From Eremomyces bilateralis CBS 781.70 (taxonomy: Eukaryota), in NCBI GenBank assembly GCA_010015585.1, contig ML975165.1: a stretch of DNA of 20,000 nt; one strand, written 5' to 3'. A program made the translations under genes and the position numbers. The notes below the pieces were generated by a model. The model ran no database searches, had not been told where the DNA came from, and saw only the letters and a list, made by a program, of their open reading frames with translations. The number at the start of each line of letters is the position of its first letter. The stretch's first letter is position 1. This document shows, one piece after another, positions 11,394 to 20,000 of this stretch.

Positions 11394-14300
11394 ATGGCAA
11401 CCATAACGAGTCTTTTAGCTGTTCTGCTAACAGTGGTTGTTGCGAATGCACAGGGAACACCTACTTGGAGCACACAGTATGAACCCCTATGTTGAATACC
11501 AGATGCGTGTTCGCAGTCTAACAACAGCAGGTCAACGCAGTTCACCGTTCCAGCTTCTGCCAATGAGGGAATGCTGTTGTTGCCGAATGTCCTTGACCCT
11601 CAGGCTGTGGATGCGCAAACTGTCTGTCCCGGCTACAAAGCCTCCGACGTGAAGGATACGGAACTGGGCTTTACGGCGACGCTGAGATTGGCGGCAGAGC
11701 CGTGTAATCTTTATGGGACCGATATCGAAGTCTTGAGTCTTGCAGTCGAATGTCAGTCCGCTGACAGGATCTCGGTGAACATCCAACCAGCATACATTGT
11801 ACGAATCCACTGTTAGCGCTCCCTGGGAGTGGAAATGCTGATGTATGGCTCAGGTTGATTCAAATGCCTCGCACTACATCCTTCCCGATCATTTGGTGAC
11901 AAGACCAACTGCAGATCCGGACGCAAAGATGTCGTGCAAATCCAATGACCTTGAGCTGACTTGGAGCAATGACCCGTCGTTCTCCTTTACTATCATGCGA
12001 AAATCCACGGGTGACGCCGTCTTTGATACCAGGGGTAAGGTCTTGGTGTACGAGAACCAATTCATTGAGTTCGTCACGTCGCTGCCAGAGAATTACAATT
12101 TATATGGGCTTGGAGAGCGTATCCACGAGTTGCGTCTGGGAAACAACTTCACTGCTACCATGTATTCTGCGGACTCTGGGGATCCTGTGGATTACAATAT
12201 CTACGGCCAACATCCGTTCTACCTGGATACACGGTACTACTCGGATGATGGGCACAACAAGAAACTCCTGCAAACAGCACCTGAGGACGACGCAGTCAAG
12301 TATGACACGTACTCACATGGCGTCTACCTTCGAAATGCCCATGGCCAGGAGGTGCTCCTCCGCGCCTCAAATCTGACATGGAGAACCCTGGGAGGGTCTA
12401 TCAATCTTTACTTTTACTCAGGCCCTTCTCAGCCAGAAGTCACAAAGCAATACCAGCTGAGCACCACGGGACTACCAGCGATGCAACAATATTTCTCGTT
12501 TGGTTACCACCAGTGTCGATGGGGCTATACGAGCTGGACACAGCTTCAAGAAGTTGTGGATAACTTCCGTCGCTTCGATATCCCCCTGGAAACAGTCTGG
12601 CTCGATATTGACTACATGAATCAGTACCGGGATTTTACGAATGACGAGAACGCCTTTCCTCTGGTAGAAGGACAAGAATTCCTGAAGAAACTGCATGATG
12701 GTCACCAGCACTGGGTCCCCATTGTAGATGCGGCGATCTACATTCCAAACCCGGAGAACGAAAATGATGCGTACAATACCTACAGTCGCGGTCATGAGAA
12801 CCAACTCTTCTTGCTGAATCCAGATGGCTCCGAGTACGTCGGATCTGTATGGCCGGGGTATACAGTGTTTCCAGACTGGCTTGCCCCTAATGCAGTGGAC
12901 TGGTGGGTTAAGGAAGTCGCGGACTGGTACAAGGAGTTGCAATTCGATGGGTTGTGGATCGACATGAACGAACCCTCGTCGTTCTGTGTCGGGTCTTGTG
13001 GCTCAGGAAATATGACGCTGAATCCTGTCCATCCTTCGTTTCAATTACCCGGAGAGCCAAGAAATGTCGACTATGATTTTCCAGAAGGCTTCGAGATCAC
13101 GAATGCTACGGAAGCAGCCTCAGCATCCGCGGCATCATCCTCTCAAGCTGCCACAACTTCGTCGACGAGCAACACGACGTCGACTTCTTATCTTCGAACC
13201 ACGCCAATACCAGGAGTACGAGATATCAATTATCCCCCGTACGTGATCAATCATGTAAATGGAGATCTCGCAGTTCATGGAGTTAGCCCAAATGCAACTC
13301 ACAACGATGGTGTGCATGAGTATGACGTACACGGCATATACGGGCATCAAATCCTCAATGCTACGTATCAGGCGCTTCTGAAGGTGCTTCCAGGGAAACG
13401 ACCGTTCATCATCGGTCGCTCCACGTTTGCTGGAAGTGGCAAATGGGCAGGTCATTGGGGCGGCGACAATGTAAGTCATATTTGAATCCTTCCTGAACCC
13501 TGTTAACACCACTGCAGTATTCTAAATTCTACTATATGTATGCCTCCATCCCGCAAGCCCTAACCTTCTCCCTATTCGGCATTCCCATGTTCGGCGTCGA
13601 CACCTGCGGCTTCTCCGGAAACGCCGACCTTGAGCTCTGCTCCCGCTGGATGCAACTCTCCGCCTTCTTCCCGTTCTACCGCAACCACAACATTCTGTCA
13701 GCCGCCCCGCAAGAGCCCTACGTCTGGGCTGCAGTTGCGGAGGCGTCCAGAGTTGCCATGAAAATTCGCTACGCTCTCTTGCCTCACCTGTACACCCTGT
13801 TCCATAAGGCTCACACGACGGGGTCGACAGTGATGCGGGCGTTATCATGGGAGTTCCCAGGGTATCCAGCATTAGCAATCGCAGATCGGCAGTTCCTGCT
13901 AGGCCCCGCGATCTTGATAACGCCTGTGTTGGAAGCTGGGGCGAAGGAGGTGATGGGCGTGTTCCCCGGGACAGGAGACGGGGAGGTCTGGTATGACTGG
14001 TACAACCAGACCGCCATCAGCGTCGCTCCTGGAGCGAATGTCTCAATTGCGGCACCATTGGGACACATTCCGGTGTATGTTAGGGGCGGACACGTCTTGC
14101 CGCTGCAGGAGCCAGGATACACGACGTATGAGTGCCGAAGGAATCCTTGGGCGCTGCTGGTGGCGTTGGGAAGCGATGGCTTCGCGAATGGAGAGCTGTA
14201 TATCGACGATGGGGAGAGTTTGGAGCCGGAGAGCAGCTTGATGGTAACATTTGACGCTCGAGGGTCCAGGCTTCAGGTGCGTTCACACGGGCAATTTGTG

Positions 14301-14492
14301 GATGGGAATCCTCTTGCGAATGTGACGATCATGGGAGTTTCCCAAGCACCACGAGAAGTGAAGCGGAACGGAAAGGCGTTAGACAAATTGTGGGAGTTCG
14401 ACTCTCGTGGCCATATCTTGAAAGTCACTGGGTTACAGGAGCTGACAAAAGGAGGCGCATGGAGTGACGATTGGGAGTTGGTGTGGTCTTGA
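11394..14492 (+). CDS. agdA: Secreted alpha-glucosidase, GH31 (AgdA-like); exons 11394-11476, 11531-11798, 11854-13470, 13518-14492; ~980 aa
   Basis: The signal peptide is MATITSLLAVLLTVVVANA. Family motifs: DAQTVCPGY, YGLGE, GYHQCRWGY, WLDIDYM, DGLWIDMNE (nucleophile), HWGGDN (acid/base), GVDTCGF, ELCSRWMQLSAFFPFYRNHN, YIDDGES. There is a Ser/Thr-rich insert near 13110-13200. Three GT-AG introns of 54, 55 and 47 nt maintain the frame. Confidence 0.95.
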
Positions 14493-15034
14493 TAGTCGAG
14501 CTTACTCTATGTACACTCATTTCAAATTCTATAAGATATTCATAAATATGATCTCCAAGTATCTAAGTATTTTAATACTTCTGTTAGGCTGCGGTAATAT
14601 ATTCGTTCTTGTCAAGAGTGAGAATGTGCAGTGTTCGTTGACAGTTGTGAGGAGCCTCACTGAGGAGAGGTGGGGTGCAAACCAGGCAAACACGTGGACT
14701 TAAGGGGACCCGGATCTTCCGCTGCCTGCCAACTTCCTCTCTACAACATCACCATCCACCCCACACTCGCCCACCATACCCACCCAACATCGACTTACCC
14801 CAGCCTCAATCTCTTCGAAACCGAGTCTCCTCGAATTGGAAGATAGTTTGGCAGAACAAATAGCGGTGCGCAAGCAATTTAGGGTCCGGCATCAAGCAGC
14901 GCAGTAGCTCTGGCATTGAGCATCGTATACCCCCCCGTTCGACTTCACCTCCTCAACACCTCTCACACTACGTCCATCTCTGGACCCATCACTCTCGCAA
15001 AGGAAAGCAACAGGCCTCTGAGTGCTCCGCAAAC

Positions 15035-16843
15035 ATGTCCAACCAGATAGTCGTGAGTTCTGAACGCCGCTCATCGGACGGCCTATCTGTCTTCCGCGTT
15101 TGCAAGATCGAGTGGCCAACTGAGCATCTCCGCTGACACACTTCTTCTCCTGTAGGGTCAAACGTATCAGGAGATCATCTCCAGGGTGATTACAGAGTCC
15201 CAGAGTGCCTTTGAAGAGGCCGGACTGCCTGCTGATGTTCTCAAAGAGCTGCGAGAGGTAAGTCACATCTCAAGTGTACTCTCTGTCCAGCCAAGCTGCA
15301 GTCTATTTCCATCCCCTTCATGTGCAAAAACCGTCATTTCATCTGCCTGTGGCGACATTCTCAATTTCTGGGTATTTCCAAGTCCAAAATCGAATTATTT
15401 GGGGTCGATATCGGGGTGGATGAGTCGTAAGTTGAGCAACGGCAAGACTGAGAGCGAGCGGTGCCAGCCGTGTGAGTCGGACGAGGGGCGGGTGTGCGGG
15501 CAGGGAATTGTTCAGAGGAAACGGACGAGGCAGCAGCTCGCTATTTGGGGCGTCTTTTTATCATTGCCGGAGCCTTCCCAGTCATTCGCGCACGGTTCAC
15601 TCGACGCACCGTTGTGACACCAAGCTGTTTTCCCCTGCACATTCTGCACGAATCCGCTCTTCCAGGCTTCCACAGAATATTATTGCCCACTGATTGGCTG
15701 CATGTTACATCGAATCGGTGCCCTGCTCTGGCAATCAGTTCATGGCTAATCTGTGTTTCATACATTTAGGAATGGCAACAAAGATTATCCGACCTCAAGG
15801 TTGCTCAGTTCCCTTGGGATCCTCCTCCCTCAGCTCAAAACCCTCCTACCCTCCCTTCTAATGCTAGAGCTCATGACCTAAAGACCGAGGAGGGGAAACA
15901 TCCTGGTCAGACCTCAGTGGTCTATGACACGCCTTCACGTCTCAAGCAAGGCTCTACCGTGAAACAAGAACCACTTTTCAAGCAGGACCCCGACTTTAAG
16001 CGAGAAGGAGCCTATGATTCACAACCTCCTGCACCCTCCGGGCCTCAGGCGAATGGCTACAATGCGGCCTTAACTGCCCAACAACGGGCTCAAGCCCAGC
16101 TGCAGAGAGAATATGGTCAGCATGCCAATGCTTCCATCGCTGCGATGAGTCAGGCTCAGGGCCGTCAGAATGGCATGCAGGGTCAACTGCCACAGCAGGG
16201 TCAGCCACAGCAAGGTCAACTGCCACAGCAGGGCCAACCGCCACAACAGCACCCACATCAGCAACAGCCACGCCCAGCCCAATCGCAACCCGCTCCACAG
16301 CAGCAGCATCCCTCCGTTGGCTCTGCGCAGACGGACGGCCCTGGAGATTTGCCTGAGCCTTTAGACAATCGCCGGTTGGAAGCGGATGCATCGATCCGGG
16401 ATCAAATCGAGGCGCTACGTGAACAGATGGACAATGGACTTCTCCTCCCGTATACCAGTAGCCGCCATGCCAAGCTCAAAGCCCGATCGAAGACCAGAAC
16501 GCCAAGGGCAGGACCTTCGCGCGAGGCTGGCCCGTCGCAGTTCGACGGTGGCGATGATGTTCTTAGGGAGGAGGAAGACGAGGATGCGATCAATTCGGAC
16601 TTGGACGACCCTGACGACGATCCTCAACGCCAGGAGGAGCAGGAAGAAGAGATCAAAGAGGTTATCCTTTGCACGTATGACAAGGTTCAACGCGTCAAGA
16701 ACAAGTGGAAGTGCACTCTCAAAGATGGGATTCTGACCACGAATGATAAAGAGTGGGTTTGCTCAAGCGTGCAGCTGACGAACCTATTGCTAATGGATGA
16801 TAGGTATCTCTTCCACAAAGGCACCGGCGAGTTCGAGTGGTAG
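15035..16843 (+). CDS. TOA1: Transcription initiation factor IIA large subunit (alpha/beta); exons 15035-15052, 15156-15257, 15770-16752, 16804-16843; ~380 aa
   Basis: The N-terminal helices read MSNQIV|GQTYQEIISRVITESQSAFEEAG...LKELRE|EWQQRL. The C-terminus reads EDAINSDLDDPDD...ILCTYDKVQRVKNKWKCTLKDGILT...E|YLFHKGTGEFEW. Introns are 15053-15155, 15258-15769 and 16753-16803, all GT-AG with branch sites. Confidence 0.95.
16178..16243 (+). repeat. Imperfect 33-nt tandem duplication encoding the Gln-rich repeat QGQLPQQGQP in the TOA1 linker
   Basis: CAGGGTCAACTGCCACAGCAGGGTCAGCCACAG is followed by CAAGGTCAACTGCCACAGCAGGGCCAACCGCCA. Confidence 0.8.
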
Positions 16844-17375
16844 AAACGAAGGATGAAGGTATCGGTTTCAAGGTCCAAGATTCCAGCACAAGCACGACAG
16901 TACGATGGATGAAATATTCCGCGGCTGCGGTTCATGCCGAGCTCCGTCCCAGGGTCTGATGAGGATGGGAGAGTCTTTTTTCATTGTTAACTCACAGGGA
17001 ACGTTTGCATGGAGGTAAGGGCGCTCGGGAACGTTTCCGGGGCCAACTAGAATGTGATGCGCAAGGCACGGTTGATTTTACATGCAAAACGATGGGTCAA
17101 TGCGGCCAACACGATACCAATGGATATATCAGTTCCAAGAGAAAACAGAGTCCATTCAAGCGCAACGCTTGAATTGCAGACTATTGCATGAAGTGCTACC
17201 ATTTTTTCTTCATGAAGTGCTCGACCTAACCTACATCCGTGCGTGGGTATCATTATCAACCAAACTCCAAGCCATGTCGCACTTTATCCATACATGCCAA
17301 GATGACGCGAATTTCACGCCCGAGTCTGAACGGCAACCATTGGCATGAACACGACCCAAATTCGACACCCCTCGG

Positions 17376-18794
17376 TCATTTGAATTGCTCCGGTTCAAGA
17401 TGCTGCATCATGGTTAGCAGAGCATGTCTCCTAGCGGGCCGAAATCCGAGAACTTACCGACCACTCCGGCACTTCCTTGATCTTCTGCCACATGAACTTC
17501 TCCAGCCGCGTCGCCGCCTTCGCATACGGTGTGCTCTCGTTATTATACTTCCGACAATTGTCGAAGATCAACTTCGAGTCCTTGATGAAGTCGTCCGGGT
17601 TCGGATACATATCCTTCTCGTGCTTCTCCTCCATGGTCGCCAGGTCCATCGGCTCCTTGATCACCTCGTAGTAGTCCGCCACGTCGTCCTTGTTGACGGG
17701 CTGTTGGAACGGCCAGCTATGCGTGTTGTTCACCATGTCGTTCAGCAGGTGCAGCAGCATGTTATAGTTCGGCCCGTGCCGCGGCGCGCGGGCCAGCGCG
17801 TCCATGTCTTCCGACCAGCCGGACTCCTTGATGGCCGGGATTGACTGCGGGTCGATCGACTTGACGCCGTTTTTCCATTCTTTCGGCGGCAGGTGGATGT
17901 GGTGGGACTTGGAGAGGGCGCGGATCTTCGCGCTGACGCATTCCTTCTGCTTGAGAAGCATGCGCCCGGATTCGAGGTACCGGATCTTCGGGACCATAGA
18001 GCATTGCATGATGGTGCCGCCTTCATAGTCTTTGATGTAGCCCATCCAGCGAGGCTTCTCGAGGGTAATTTCTTTGGTGAAGCCTTGTTTCTTGAAGTAG
18101 CCGATGGCGTAGTTGTCGGCGTAGGTGAGGAAGTGCATGACGTCCGAGGTCGCCTTGACGTAGTCTTTGAGATGAGACATCAGGTGCGCGCCGTAGCCTT
18201 TCACTTGTTGGTCGGTGGAGATGGCGCAGAAGACGATTTCGGCGAACTGCCGCCCTTTGAAGGGCCGGTATGTGATGCCCCCTACGACTTCCAGTGGCTT
18301 CTTTACAATCGCCATGGATACATGCGTTCGGTCGTATACAAGCCGCGCGATGTAGTCTTTCGGCATCTTGGGAAGCTGTTTCTGGAAGATGCATTTGAGG
18401 CCGGTCATGATGATACTGCTTTCGCGGGTGTTGTCGTTGTTGACAACGCGAAATTCGATATCGCCATTCCGTTCTTCGATGACAGCCGGCTATGGACATT
18501 GTCAGTACCCCGACCTTCATGCTCTAGTCAAGCTAAGCATCTCGTACCTTTTCGGGGAATGGGACCGGCTTGGGTGGCGGGGGATCGATCGGCTGTCCAT
18601 CGGGAAGGTCTTCGCTGGGCGATGATCGCAGTCTCTTCGATGGACTTGGGGCATCTAAAATGTCTACATCATCCGCCTTTCGCTTGCCTATGCTCAGTTA
18701 GTGGCTCGCAGTTCAGAACACTTGAGAATCCGGCGGTTGAAGCAACGGCATCCAGACCGAGAAGCATACCATCGTCTTTCTGGCTTATCGCCAT
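17376..18794 (-). CDS. GCN5: Histone acetyltransferase GCN5 (GNAT domain plus bromodomain); exons 18794-18770, 18687-18548, 18489-17458, 17402-17376; ~407 aa
   Basis: HAT motifs: [57 protein letters not shown]. Bromodomain: WPFQQPV...[12 protein letters not shown]...IFDNCRKYN. Introns of 82, 58 and 55 nt have consensus sites and keep the frame. Confidence 0.97.
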
Positions 18795-19572
18795 GGTGCC
18801 TCAGCCTTCTTTAGCACTTAGACAGACATTCCATGAAATCAATAAGCATGATAGAGAGTGTCTGTGGTATTTTTAGTAGAGAAGTTCAAGTAGAGTCTGT
18901 CTGGTATTAGAGACTGGAACTGCCCCAGTGTCCACTACAGCCTGAGTGAGGTCTCGATGGTGGGGACTGGGGAACGGCTGATGGTCTGTGCGCCGATATA
19001 ATGTCTAATCACTCTAATACTCTAATAATTATGGGAGCGTCCTCAAAACTGAGGATGAGTAAGCTTCAGCTGACGAACCAGGGGCGCGGATAGTTGTGTT
19101 TTTCGTAATTATAAAATTAAGTAATAACTAACTGCTCTAATTACTAATCACGCTAATTTCGTGCCTTATCGCCTTATCGCCCTATTGATATGTTCTGCAT
19201 GGTGTGTTGATGTTATCTCAGTTGGGACTCAGCCGGCAATGGTGCCCCCTAGCCAATATGGGGTTCCGCTATACCTAATAAAGCCCAGCCTCTTCTTTAG
19301 CATGCGCCACTAAATATTGACCAATCATATGCCATAAAGGCAGTTGGCACAACTGCCGTCTGAGAGACTCCTGCAGAGTTTGTATGTATGCGTAGAGGAT
19401 CATATCATGATATAGGTGAGAGAACTCCCATCGCTAAGCGTACTTGATACTAAAGGGCTATCGCTAATCTATTATCAGAAATTATTCTACGCGTTGACTT
19501 CTACATTTCATCAAGTTTGAGGACCAATCCAACCACTCTACTGTCTAGGAGCGCGTCATATTACCTTTTGCC

Positions 19573-20000
19573 ATGTCAACCGCGCCCTTCCTCTCAAACG
19601 AGATATCTTCTATACCGCCAGATGAGATGTATTTATCATCATCGCCCTCTATCTCGTCCACATCTTCAGATTCGACTCCCCGACCAAAACGTCCTTCCCC
19701 AAGACGATCCAAATCCCCTACTAGATATCGGCAGATTCGGCGTGTTGCAGGAAGAAAAAGGCTTCAGCCATTTGACAAATTACGCGAAACATTATACCTA
19801 TGGCGAGAGCAACAGTTCACATTTAAAAAATTTCTCCGCGCCTGGTTACTATCGGATAACCACCATGGTGCCTTGGGGAGGGCTACAAGGGTTGGATTAT
19901 TCCGGGAACTCTTAGAAGAGGAGGAAATCCGTGAGGTTGTTGGCCATCACCCCTCAAGCCGCCGTAATTGGCAACCTCTCCTCAAAGAACTTGATGGCTT
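19573..20000 (+). CDS. Hypothetical protein, 3'-truncated by window edge (not in ORF track)
   Basis: An ATG in good context (GCCATGT) opens a stop-free frame of 142 codons to the window end: MSTAPFLSNE...RKRLQPFDKLRETLYLWREQQFTFKKFLRAWLL...FRELLEEEEIREVV...WQPLLKELDG. No family is confidently recognised. Confidence 0.5.
   Translation, partial: MSTAPFLSNEISSIPPDEMYLSSSPSISSTSSDSTPRPKRPSPRRSKSPTRYRQIRRVAGRKRLQPFDKLRETLYLWREQQFTFKKFLRAWLLSDNHHGALGRATRVGLFRELLEEEEIREVVGHHPSSRRNWQPLLKELDG

Noticed and set aside
11525..11530. CAGCAG tandem acceptor in GH31 intron 1
   Set aside because: The first CAG is very close to the branch site, and the effect would be a single residue.
13110..13200. Ser/Thr/Ala-rich insertion in the GH31 catalytic domain
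   Set aside because: An ordinary feature of AgdA-type fungal alpha-glucosidases.
15035..18794. Adjacency of two transcription-machinery genes (TOA1, GCN5)
   Set aside because: They are convergent with no shared promoter; nothing beyond ordinary housekeeping gene order is visible.
17893..18876. 327-aa + strand ORF (and the 201-aa ORF 17239-17844)
   Set aside because: Antisense shadows of GCN5, explained by its GC3-rich codon usage; no recognisable protein features.
19517..19915. 132-aa ORF from the track
   Set aside because: It has a TTG start and overlaps the better ATG-initiated open frame beginning at 19573.
1..20000. tRNA, rRNA, CRISPR arrays, LTRs or riboswitches
   Set aside because: No cloverleaf, repeat-spacer array, long direct repeat or TPP aptamer core was recognised by eye.

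Overview
This window is intron-containing fungal genomic DNA (Pezizomycotina-type, with GT-AG introns of ~50-60 nt and CTRAC/CTAAT branch sites). I can build seven gene models and one 3'-open ORF. In order: mitochondrial lysyl-tRNA synthetase (-, runs off the left edge), intracellular GH13_5 alpha-amylase (-), bZIP transcription factor (+), F-box-like protein of unknown function (+), secreted GH31 alpha-glucosidase (AgdA-like, +), TFIIA large subunit TOA1 (+), histone acetyltransferase GCN5 (-), and an unknown ORF from 19573 that runs off the right edge. The most interesting signals are: (i) a candidate alternative first exon that would replace the GH31 signal peptide with a type II membrane anchor in frame; (ii) a tandem AmyR-type CGG-N8-CGG-N8-AGG element inside that exon; (iii) a 512-nt TOA1 intron with nested inverted repeats and two extra consensus donors that both create premature stops; and (iv) an alpha-glucan gene pair flanking a bZIP regulator rather than AmyR. 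All exon models were derived by hand from splice consensus and reading frame; no database searches were run.
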